From: Octopus sinensis
Lineage: Eukaryota
DNA: 64,000 nt
Direction: 5' to 3'
Assembly (NCBI RefSeq): GCF_006345805.1
Contig: NC_043023.1
Location: forward strand, 8,370,001 to 8,434,000
Positions 28,469 through 41,125 of this stretch are shown piece by piece. Under the pieces are notes generated by a model. It was not told where the DNA came from, did no database searches, and saw only the letters and a program-made list of their open reading frames with translations. Position numbers and translations under genes: made by a program. Each line of letters opens with the position of its first letter. Within the stretch, counting starts at the first letter, position 1.

Positions 28469-29050
28469 GGAGAGAGTGAAAGAAAGAGAGATAGATAGAT
28501 AGATAGATAAATAAATATATTGTATATGTGTGTATGTATAGATAAATATATTGATAACCATGATAACCATGAAAACAAACGATTGCCAAAATCCTCTTAT
28601 GAGAAGATGGTGATATGAGAAAAAATAAAAATAATGATGAAAATAGTGGTGTTTGTGATGTGTGTAGTTAGGTGAAGTTACGTGATGGTAGGTGATACGC
28701 AATATAAAGCACATGAGAGCGAGAACAAATATTCCGCTGACCTTTCAATATTATCTACGAAGCCACAAAAGAGAAGAAACGAAACAAAAAAAGTGGGTGA
28801 AAGCCTATAGGGGTGGATGTGCCCGAAAGAGTAAAAAGCAGCAGAAATCTAGAATTTAGAATTTATAAAATTTGTTGATCAATTTGTCAATGTTATGAAT
28901 TTCACCGTTCATTCACTTTGTCTTCTTCATGTTGTAGCTATTTTTTATCTTCTATTTCTTCCCTTCAATTTCTGCATCTTATTGTTTAGACATAATATTT
29001 ACATTTTTATGACTAAATTCTTCTATTTTATTTCTTATGAATCCCTACAG

Positions 29051-29122
29051 ACGTCTATACGGCAATAAAATCTCGAAAATCGAAAGAGGATCATTCGAAA
29101 ATCTACCCAGAATTTGGACTTT
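29051..29122 (+). CDS. LRR exon 4 (72 nt, phase 2-2)
   Basis: ctacag|ACGTCTATAC...GGACTTT|gtaagc; RLYGNKISKIERGSFENLPRIWT(L). Confidence 0.9.
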
Positions 29123-31200
29123 GTAAGCTGGATCAGTCTTGCTGATACATTTTTGTTGACTATATTTCAAAATATTTAATGTATTCCCATCTTTCTTTCT
29201 CGTCCTTCTTTTTAACATTCTCTAAACCCCATCCTCTGCGGTTGACATCATTGTTTCATATTATGCATGTGATTGAGACGGCGTGCTGGTAGATGTGTAA
29301 TCACGTTGAACAAAATCTTGAGGTGCATTTCGTCCGCTTTTGATTGCTGAGGTCAAATTCAACCGAGGTCGACTTCATCATTTATCTATTTTTAATCGAT
29401 GATTCGACATAATCAGTTAGCACCCTCCGCCAGCATTCCAGGACGTGTGCCTATGCTAGGAAGGATATTATATAAGTGTTGGTATGTGCATATCTATCTT
29501 TCTGTCGCTGAGTCACCGGATAATTATTCATTCCTTTCATTTCCGTCAGAAACACATTGTAATCAGAGTACGAGTTGGAGAAAAGTTTGCATTTAGCAGA
29601 ATCATGCATCTGGCACAAAAGTGTCCTCCTTCTCTAGGTCTTTCTCAGAAACCCCATTACACCTGTTTTGCTTACCCGTTGCAGTAGTCATCTACAGAAA
29701 GAGCCTTAAATATGTCTAGCATATGTCAGAATAAATCGTGTCAGGATGATGGTGACATCTACCTAGGGCATCCCTTCATCGATTTTCGAAATTCCGCAGC
29801 TGTTTTACTCTTTTGCTGAACATCGTATCTTCACTCGAATGTCGCAGCAAGCCATCCTGGTAGACAATAAAGCACATCGTGACTATGAGCTACTGTCTTC
29901 CACAAAGAGCTGCGTGAAGTGTTCCTTAAAAGCCGAAATCATCTGTATAAGCTAAAGTAGCAGACATCTCAAACGATTATAGCCCCAGGAGGACATCTTC
30001 ACTTAGCTAATGACACACTGTTGTGTCTGATTTGTATTAGCGAAGGGAAAAAACCATTACCATCTCTAGCCTTACGTGATACACACACACCCGCGTTTCG
30101 ATGACGAGTTACTACCCAGAAATCAGGGCCTGTCTTTATTACGTAACACCAGCTACGTGAACCATGATATTAGCTCGCAAATAGAAGTAAGACACAAGTA
30201 GTGTGGCGTTTGGCAGCTAGCGGAAATGTCATCCCAGAGCTATAAACAACAGTGGCATTATCCCCTATGGGATCGAATATATATCTATTATATATATATA
30301 TATCTCAAACGATTATAGCCCCAGGAGCGACATCTTCACTTAGCTAATGACACAATGTTGTGTCTGATTTTTGTATTAGCGAAGGGGAAAAAAACCATTA
30401 CCATCTCTAGCCTTACGGATACACACAAACCCGCGTTCGATGACGAGTACTACCAGAAATCAGGGCCTTGTCTTATTACGTAACACCAGCTACGTGAACA
30501 TGATATTAGCTCGCAAATAGAAGTAAGACACAAGTTAGTAGTGTGGCGTTTGGCAGCAGCTAGCGGAATGTCATCCCAGAGCTATAAACAACAGTGGCAT
30601 TATCCCTATGGATCGACATATATATTATCTATATATTATTCTATATATAGATATATATCCTTCACAATATATATATGTATATTTCACTTCATAATTTTCT
30701 TGTAATCTCCGCTTCAAATTCTATTTTTTTTACTTCTTTTATTTCATTGTGTTCATAAGCATAATGGCCGTGAAGGCGGTCATCACCGTCCTCAACACCA
30801 CATTCGCTATCATCTCATCATCATAATAAAAGAACATCATCATAGCATCATCTTCCTTCATCAGTCAACTGCTTCCAACACAGGATTATCAATCATCCAT
30901 CATTATACCTTCACTCCTCATTATCTTCAGCTTATCTAAAATTTTGCACATCCGACTTCCTTTTCTTCTACATCTACATACAGTTGATTAGACATATGCG
31001 TATTTAAAATTGTTTGGGACTAATCATTTTTTATAACCATTTCTCACAATTATCTTCCAACTTTCATCCTCTCTAACAGACGTTGTAATTTTTTCAAGAT
31101 TTATGCACGCCCTGATAGTGTCGATATCTTCATATCTATTTTGAGCGCAATCGGATGGAGGATGCTCAAGATCCTAGAAGACACACACACACACACACAC

Positions 31201-31254
<54 letters not shown>

Positions 31255-31929
31255 AACGCACACACACACAGAACGGATTTTATATTATAGACTAAAAATA
31301 TTATTTTTTGGTTTGTCCATTCATAATAAATGAAAATAATAAGTTCGTCTCTAGAGTAACTTCTTCAAGGAGTATATCCATTCAGGGACACCGGAGTACA
31401 TCCACGCAGGATCCTTCACCTCAAACTGTAAAGGGAGGTAACTAAATTGAGTTTGGCAAATTTGTTTGTCACTCAACAGTAGGTGAAAAAGAAAAAGAGA
31501 GAAAATCGTGTTCGTCTTCTAGTTTTTTTTTAGTTATACACACCAAAAATGAGCCAGTTGAGCAACACAGTGTGGTTTTTCAGTTTGCTGGAAATAAACA
31601 ACCAAACCTCTCTCATACCATGGTCTTGATAGTTTTAAGGAAAGGGAAAAATAGAATTAATGGTTTTTATATTGTTCGGATCTATGAATTTTATTATTAA
31701 TTTAAAGCTTTCGTTTATTACTTGATTAAAGAAATTGGGAAACTATTTTCTTGTCTTGGGATTCACGGTCAAAGGTCATGGTGGAATTTCGTGAAAAATT
31801 ACACAGATGTGTTGCTGGTTTTGTATTTTTCATAGCTCCCATGGTTACCGAGATAATCTACTATAATAATACTCTTGTGTTTATGAATGAAAAAGGAAGA
31901 GGTGATTGATGAATAAGGAAGGAAGGGGC

Positions 31930-32830
31930 AATCTCACACTTGGTAGTGGGATGATGAAAATTGCACGCTGAAAAAATTAATAAAACTGAGTTTTAACTCT
32001 GTGTGAATATATGTATGGAAAACCAGAGTATGTGAATGTGTGTGCGTGAGAGTGTGTGTGAGTGATTCAGTGTGTGCATATGAGTCTGTATGTGATTTTG
32101 TGTGTGATTTTGTGCGCGCGCAATGGAAGAGTGATGGTTAACAATCAACGCTGAAAAGAAAAAATCAAACAGCGTTTCAACTCTGTATTTGGTATTCACT
32201 TACCAGCTCATGTATTTAGTGACGGCCAGCTTTATGTAGCCTTAAGTCGCAAAAGAAGGAAGGAAAACTTAAAAATTCGTTTGAAGGAAACAAGCAGTCA
32301 AAGGAATTTAGTTGCCGATAGATTTTTCTTAAGTTTGGTTGTAAAAGAATTATTAAACTAAAAACTTGGGTTTGTACATTATCTACTATAATACTACACT
32401 TATGTTTTTCTCCGTCACAACACATGAATGAAAAAGGAAGGAGTGATAGATGAATAAAGAAAGAAAGACATGGCACATTTCGTTGTGGGATGATGGAAAC
32501 TGCACGGTGAAAAACATAAATCAAACAGCGTCTCAACTCTGTGTGAGTTTATGTGTGTGTATATAGAAGGAGGTATGTGAATGTTTGTGTGTGTGTGTGT
32601 GCAATGGAAGTGGGATGGTGAACATTCAACGTTGAAAAGAAAAATCAAACAGTGTTTCAACTCTGTGTGAGTTTATGTGTGTGTATATAGAAGGAGGTAT
32701 GTGAATGTTTGTGTGTGTGTGTGTCTGTGTACAATGGAAGTGGGATGGTGAACATTCAACGCTGAAAAGAAAAATCAAACAGCGTTTCAACTCTGTGCAT
32801 TTGGTATTTACTTGCCAGCTCCCTTATTTA
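31930..32830. repeat. Degenerate minisatellite-like array with conserved AAACAGCGTTTCAACTCTGT core (extra copy at about 28165)
   Basis: Core at about 31984, 32165, 32522, 32646, 32776. Confidence 0.7.
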
Positions 32831-33007
32831 GTCACGGCCAGCTTTATGTGGCCTTACGTAGAACACAAAGGAAAGAAAACTTAAAAATTCTTTTGACGGA
32901 AACAAGCAGTCAAAGGACATTAGTTGCGGATATATTTTTCACAAAAAATTAGTAATAAAAGAATTATTAAACCAAAATCTTCGTTTTGTAACTTATATAT
33001 ATATTGG

Positions 33008-33131
<124 letters not shown>

Positions 33132-33219
33132 TGTGAAATAGAAAGATGAATAATCTTGTAGTAGATTAATCAAAAGTTTAAACCGATACCTTAGTAGCAA
33201 AATCACAGCAGTAAACAGC

Positions 33220-36200
33220 ACGGTTGGAGGGGTACAACCTCTGGCGTTGCAACCGTGCGTTGGTGCAGATAATTGAAATTAAAACATTATTGGTGAATTG
33301 AAGAAATGGAGCTGAACGCAGATTGAACAGAAATCGTTTTATTTCATTCTACACGTGTTTCGAAAGGCACAAATTACCAAAATCCGATTGAATAATGGGA
33401 CCATATTGTGTCTTTCTCTTCAGGAAGAAAAAAGGAAATCCGTTGGAAAAACAAAAACAGAACAGAGGCGGAGCAAAAACAAATCGAACTATGCTCCTAA
33501 GAGCCCATGGCGAAACTGTTTATCAGTGTATGTTGAGAACCGGTGGCTGAAGAATTCAACGGGTCAGGCATCGGTCAATCATGTGGGTGAGGGTGTATAG
33601 ATGTTCTTTGTGACCGAGAATAAAGTTCTGACTATTTAAGGAATATTGGATGTTTTATAAGGGGCGAGAAAAAATCTACTTAGAGACGTGTGTGTGTGTA
33701 TACTGTTCTATATATGTGTGTGTTGGCGTAGGGGTAGAAAACATTTTTTGTGTACGTGTGTGCGTTTGATCGTTCGGCTGTCAGTGGCTACTGCCGTGAT
33801 AACCGTTGGGTGGCAGAAAGAAAAAAAAAATATATATATATTATGTTTTATGTGTGTGTGTGTTCATCTAAGCCTGCCTTGTCAAGGAAACCCCCCGCTG
33901 TGAAAAACCAAGCCCCGTTTGTCTTACAGGAGTAATTCCCCTTGCAGTGGTTAATCGTAGATATCTTAAAGGCTATTTCAGAATTTGTTACCAAGGGCTA
34001 TGGGTGCCGGTATTATTTATAAACGCTATTTAAAAGCCAGATAAGTGTAACGCCGCCAATGGGGGCATCGAAAAGCCGACTGTAAGAGCCCGTTTACCAT
34101 CCGGCCTCTGGAAAACAAAATATGGAAGAGTTCGGAGACACAAAGGTTGCACTGTCTTCTGCCCCTATCAAATGGGAGGGCCACCGACAAAAATTGACCA
34201 TTCCAGCCTATAGCTTAAGTTCGTATCCTTCAGTCGCCATATTAGCTTACTGAGTCCCGTGGTCTGGCGCTTGTTCACGTCCCGAAAAGTTGCGTAATGG
34301 TTGGAGACACGCAAAGACAATCTTGAGGATGATGCCCCTACATAAGTGAAGACATCTGAGTCCGTGTAAACCTTGCATTGGTAGACGGCGTTTTTGATCT
34401 TGGAGTTCGCCGACGTGAATCTTAATCTGCTAGGATTAGTTTCTGAAATTAGAACTGCGTTCCTGTCACTATATTCGCTCCGAGACCTGCAGCCGCTTAC
34501 TACTCTATTTTCCACTACGTCACTATTAACTATAGGAATAACCCCTGATTCTCCACTATCTATCAGAGTGCTGTCATTGCTACTGCCCGTGGTGCTGCTA
34601 TTGCGGAAAATGATGCTGGGGATGCTATTGGGGCTCTCTACCCTACTCCCATTGTTACCGTCAACCACAACACCCCTATTTATAACTATACCCCTAGTGG
34701 GTACTCCCTGGCTGGAGCTGAGATATGTGTCACTGTACTGGCTCTCATATCATTATTACTACTATAATTATTCCTACTGAGCATTAAACCGGGAGCGGAA
34801 GAGGCTGTGCCTCCGGAAAAAAAGGTGATAGGGTCTTAGTAAGTAGCCTATTATTATGGGAGGCGATTATCTGGGCGAGGTTTTTAGTGTTGGAGAAAGC
34901 TATCCTAACTTTATGTGAGTTAACCGTGGAGTAATATTTGGAATTTCTGGGGAAGTTATTGGCGATGGCTTGTCTAAACATGAGGGGGAGGTTAGTTCTA
35001 ATCTGCTTACCAAAGGGGATTACAAACCATATATGCTTATTCCTATCAGTGTGATGGGTCGGGACGCCAGCTCTCGCATTCGGGTGGTGATTCTCGGATG
35101 AATAACGGGTCTTGGGTTAGTGTAAGACCTCCCGGACCGATAATTATCCTTGTTCGCTAAATTAAATGCGGGAGCGACTACCCCGGCATCCGCCGCGCTC
35201 CCGTCCTTACTTAAAATGTTAATGTTATTATATACGGCCCTATCCTGATGACCGAATGATGGCATCGGAAGGGCCGGATCAATATAAATTACCTTCTGCC
35301 TATAACCGGCCTTGGATAGTGCGGTGTTATAAAATTCCGCTTTCTGCATAAAAATATCGGCACTGGCGGACAAGCCAGACAATCTTAGAGAGATGTTTTT
35401 AACCAAATTGTCTGTTACGGTTTGGCATGATTTGAGAAGACACTGACATACTTCAAATTAGTGGAAGGCTTATGGTAAGGGCAGTATGAGTCGCTATTAA
35501 GGTTAAGTGTAACGTCTAGGAAATTAGCCTTGGTGAGTTCATTATCAAAAACTATACTCATGCCCATTCTATTAAAAAACCTAGCTAACCTGCTCTTAGT
35601 TTTTCTGCACTATTCTGTTCGTGGTGTTTTGCAGGTAAAACAGACAATCGTCACCGATACAGGCCGCCCGCGATCTCCGGGAATTGGTCGGACAATTCGT
35701 AGAGAATATATATTCCGACCAAATCGGCTATCTGCGCACTATCCGAACTACCCATAGGCACATCAAATTCATTGGGAGTATCTTTACGGATCCACAACTT
35801 ATTATCAAACTTAATAAACGATTTCCTGGCAACTAAAATGATATCTATCTCTTCTCTGGTGAGGCCAGCCTTGTTGTGAGCATGCCAGAGGGCCTTATTT
35901 AGCACATAGCCTTTAAGATATCTACGATTAACCACTGCAAGGGGAATTACTCCTGTAAGACAAACGGGGCTTGGTTTTTTCACAGCGGGGGGTTTCCTTG
36001 ACAAGGCAGGCTTAGATGAACACACACACACATAAAACATAATATATATATATATTTTTTTTCTTTCTGCCACCCAACGGTTATCACGGCAGTAGCCACT
36101 GACAGCCGAACGATCAAACGCACACACGTACACAAAAAATGTTTTCTACCCCCACACACACACGTCTCTAAGTAGATTTTTTCTCGCCCCTTATAAAACA

Positions 36201-36570
36201 TCCAATATTCCTTAAATAGTCAGAACTTTATTCTCGGTCACAAAGAACATCTATACACCCTCACCCACATGATTGACCGATGCCTGACCCGTTGAATTCT
36301 TCAGCCACCGGTTCTCAACATACACTTGACATACAGTTTCGCCATGGGCTCTTAGGAGCATAGTTCGATTTGTTTTTGCTCCGCCTCTGTTCTGTTTTTG
36401 TTTTTCCAACGGATTTCCTTTTTTCTTCCTGAAGAGAAAGACACAATATGGTCCCATTATTCAATCGGATTTTGGTAATTTGTGCCTTTCGAAACACGTG
36501 TAGAATGAAATAAAACGATTTCTGTTCAATCTGCGTTCAGCTCCATTTCTTCAATTCACCAATAATGTTA
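33220..36570 (-). mobile_element. Penelope-like element (RT plus GIY-YIG) bracketed by about 690-bp inverted repeats
   Basis: RT motif FDVPMGSSDSAQIADLVGIYIL...GGLYR (35930-35650); endonuclease VYQCKV..YVGASS..R..NH..TGLSKLIW (34668-34168); 33284-33970 is the reverse complement of 35915-36568. Confidence 0.9.
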
Positions 36571-37034
36571 TATATATATATATATATTGACGGCACGGGT
36601 GCCGGCCTACCATATATATATATATATTTGTATATATATATATAAAAAGGGTGAAAATTGATAGTAATCAATTGAAACTAGTGGCTCAACATATTTAAAA
36701 AAATCAGAAGATTAAAAATTATATTACATACAAAATTAAGAGTGCGCATCCTGTGCCTGTGTCTAGTACTGGAAATTATGTTTTGTAAACGACAGACTAA
36801 GCTGATGAGCCTGCAGATATTTACGTGCGTAAATATTAACGAGCGAAACCATTGGTACATAGGTAATGGTTTTTTTTATTTCGTATGTTTTCATTTGTCT
36901 TGCTTATTTATACATTCTGGTTGTTTGCTGAAAGTTGTTTCTTGAGAACACACGCTTTGTGGTTGGGCAATATGACGTCAATATCTAGCATATTAGGAGT
37001 CCACTTCGGTGGTCATTGCTCTTAATTTTGTACG

Positions 37035-37074
<40 letters not shown>

Positions 37075-37079
<5 letters not shown>

Positions 37080-37555
37080 ATCCCTCAAGGTCGAGGATGA
37101 TGGTCTTAGCGCAAATTTACTGGTGAGTCCGTAGGTGACTGATAAGACCAATTCTTGCTTGAAAAGATCGGTCGCAGTGCGGACATCTAGTGCCGGAAAG
37201 ATGAGTCGCACGTGATTGTTGTTGGCGCTCATCCGTCGTCGTCTTTTTTCCTCCAGCTCTGCAGACCTTTTCGACTCGAAAGTCGCCGTTCCCCCATGGA
37301 TAGTGGTTTTCCAGAGTGGTCTGTTTTTTGCCGTTTCCTCCCAGTTAGTGAAGTCGATGTCACACTTTTTGAGGTTCGTTTTCGGGGAGTCCTTGTAGCG
37401 TTTCTTCTGGCCTCCTTTCGTACGCTTGCCGTCTTTGAGTCGGGAGTAGAAGATCTGTTAGGGAAGTCGTTCGTCTGTCATTCTAACATCAGCTGGGAAG
37501 ACAGAAGAACTAAATAGCGTGCTTCAAGAAGCAAAAACGACCAGCATCGAAGCCT
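37075..37555 (-). mobile_element. RTE-clade LINE 3' fragment with 5' inversion, inside (TA)n
   Basis: - strand DERLP.QIFYSRLKDGKRTKGGQKKRYKD...NRPLWK; + strand 37483-37555 [22 protein letters not shown] is the upstream RTE segment, inverted. Confidence 0.85.
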
Positions 37556-37620
37556 ATATATATATATATATATATACAAATATATATTCACACATATATA
37601 TATACATGTATATATATATT

Positions 37621-37706
<86 letters not shown>

Positions 37707-37896
37707 TTATCATTCATTTTCTACTTTTTGTGTTGTAGATAAAAGTTATAAATATACATGTATATATATATATATATATTGTTATTTATGCATTGGTTTA
37801 TGTCTATCACTGTTTGAGTTGCATAACAGTGGTTTTATCTCTAATTCATATTTATTATATATATATACATACAAACATACATATATATATATATTG

Positions 37897-37993
<97 letters not shown>

Positions 37994-39033
37994 TGAGAGA
38001 GAGAAAGAAAGAGAGATAGATGGATAAATATATTGTATACGTGTGTATTGTAATGTATGATAACCATGGAAACAACGATTGCCAAAATCCTCTTAATGAG
38101 AAGATGGTGATATGAGAAAAATAAAAATAATGATGAAAATAGTGGTGTTTGTGATGTGTGTAGTAGTTGAAGTTGCGTGGATGGTAGGTGATACGCAATA
38201 AAGCACATGAGAACGAGAACAAATATTCCGCTGACCTTTCAATATTATATACGAAGCCACAAAAGAGAAGAAACGAAAAAAAGTGGGTGAAAGCCTATAG
38301 GGGTGGATGTTCCCGAAAGAATAAAAGCAGAAATCTAGAATTTATTCACTTTTGTCTTTTTCATGTTGTAGCTATTTCTATCTTGCTCTGTGTGTCTGTG
38401 AATGTGTGAAGGTGCTTGAGAATATGAACTCCTGCGGTTGACATCATTGTTTCCTATTATGCATGTGATTGAAGCGGCGTGCTGGTAGATGTGTAATCAC
38501 GTTGAACAAAATCTTGAGCTGCATTTCGTCCGCTTTTGATTGCTGAGTTCAAATTCAAACGAGGTCGACTTCATCATTTATCTATTTTTAATCGATGATT
38601 CGACATAATCAGTTAGCACCCTCCGCCAGCATTCCAGGACGTATGACTATGATAGGAAGGATATTATATAGGTGTTGGTATGTGCATATCTATCTTTCTG
38701 TCACTGAGTCACCGGATAATTATTCATTTCTTTCATTTCCTTCATTATCTTTTCCCTTACTGTTTTCCTATTGAATAAGAAGTACTAAGCAGAACACAAT
38801 GCATTTGTTCTAAACTGAATTTCGTTGCACTCAATGACATTTTTATAATAGCATACAGAGAGGCAGATTTAAATATGCAGACTCTCTCTCACTCTCTCTC
38901 ACACACTCACGCACACACACACAACCACAAAACAATTTGTAGTCATACACATGCCTCACATACATATATATATATGTAAATATAGATGTGTTACAAACAT
39001 ATATATATATAGACGTATATATATGTATATATA

Positions 39034-39342
<309 letters not shown>

Positions 39343-40469
39343 TATATATATATATATATATATATATGAATTATAAAATTCGAGGAAAAACCTTTTATTG
39401 AATAAAATACATATTGTCATTAATAAAGGAAATATAATTAATACATGGAAATTGAGACTAAAATGTTGAAATGCATTAAAATATTACACGGCAGTACTTA
39501 TTCATATTAAACTATACATATATACATCAACATACATAGATAGATGCGTGCAGACCGCATACATATACAGACGTATAAATATAAAGCTAAAATATACACA
39601 GAATCTAGTTCGCACGCAAAACCACTGTATCTATAAAGACTATAAGCTAAAATCATGGATGGGGAAGGGGCGTTCTTATTTACGATATAAAGTTGAAGAC
39701 ATGGGTAAGGGAAGGGGGGACGTAAAGTTACAGGACTCTACAAGTAACGGAAAGTAAGATAGAGAAAACACGAAAGAAAGGAAGAGAGAGAAAAAAAAGA
39801 GAAGAGAGAAAAAAAGAAGGAAAAGAGTGGGGACGGAAAACGAAAGAAGAAAAATTATGTATACAAACTTCGTAATCACATATACTGACACATATATATA
39901 TAGAGACAAGTACGCAAACACACAAGTTCAAGTGGATACATACACATACAATATGGCGGTGCCCCAGCATGGCCACAACTCATTAGCTGAAACTGGAAAA
40001 ATCAAAATCAAATCAAATACAATTGTGTATGTATGTGCTTAAGTACAAACATACGCTCACTTACACATATACAAAGACGTGTGCTTACAAATACATATAC
40101 GTGGCTATACACATATTTACATCAAAATGCCTAGGTTTTGACAACATTGCTTTTTAAAAATGGTGAGTGTAATAATAAAAATTCTACGAAAGACATGTAA
40201 AATATAACACCCTATTTCGGATCATCTATAAATTAAATATCAAAGTAAGCCTATACAATATAATAACATGAAATAAACTAAGTCGAAGGTTTTTCCTATG
40301 GAATATGTAGAAATATTAACAAAATAAACAAAATATATGCACGAGACTTTGCTATACGGAATGAAATCTGCATAGCGCGAAACAAATCCATCGGTGCGTT
40401 TACAGACTAGTCCAAGAATCAAAAATCAAAATTTCAAAATTCAAAACTACAAAAAGACAAAATATACTC

Positions 40470-41125
40470 TATCCATATGCCATATTTATGTTTGACATTT
40501 TAAATTTGGTTGCGTGCCTGCATGAGTTCATCAGCTCACTTCTTTGATTCAAAGAATTATTGTCTTTGAATAAAATATACAGTTTCTCTAACAGGCAAAG
40601 ATTGCACTTAAAATTTTTCTTGTGCGCTCCATGTCTGTATGGTACCGCTCTGTCCAGAATGCTCCATGTCACGTTGAAAGGTGGTGTTTCCTTTTCTTTT
40701 AGTTCCCAGACATATTTTGCTAGGGTGCTCCTCTTCCTATTTTCTGGGTATCTAAATGGATTTTTATGCGAATAAAATCGCGTTTTAAATGAATTTTCTG
40801 AAGCCCCTGTATAGGTCTTGTATTCCGATGAGCCTTCTATTTGTACCTTGGCTCTATAAACGATCCCTTTTACTAGACATTTCCCTCCCAATGGACAGGA
40901 GGATTCATTTTTGAAATTGCATTTCTTAAGGGGCTCGGCACCATGCTTAATATCAATCAGATTCCTATTATGCTGGCTAATATAAGAGGCGAAATTTCTG
41001 CAACAAGAATAGCTAACCTTAAGGGTTCTTTTATTAAATATTCTATAGAATTTATGGTCCTGCTTAAAATGCCTAGAGACTAATTTCAAAAGTTCCTTAC
41101 CTATATTAGTCTTTACGGCCAAATT
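40470..41125 (-). mobile_element. Penelope-like element 3' part (GIY-YIG endonuclease)
   Basis: VKTNIGK..LKVSYSC..CPLGGKC..IVYRAKV..YTGASENSFKTRFYSH..TLAKYVWELK..CNLCLLEK..LNQRSELMNSCRH. Confidence 0.92.

Noticed and set aside
31930-32830. CRISPR-like repeat-spacer appearance
   Set aside because: Eukaryotic context, irregular long spacing, spacers homologous to each other, no cas genes
36455-36510. Hammerhead in the Penelope inverted repeat (GAAACACGTGTA)
   Set aside because: The stem III half is present but there is no CUGANGA-like core upstream
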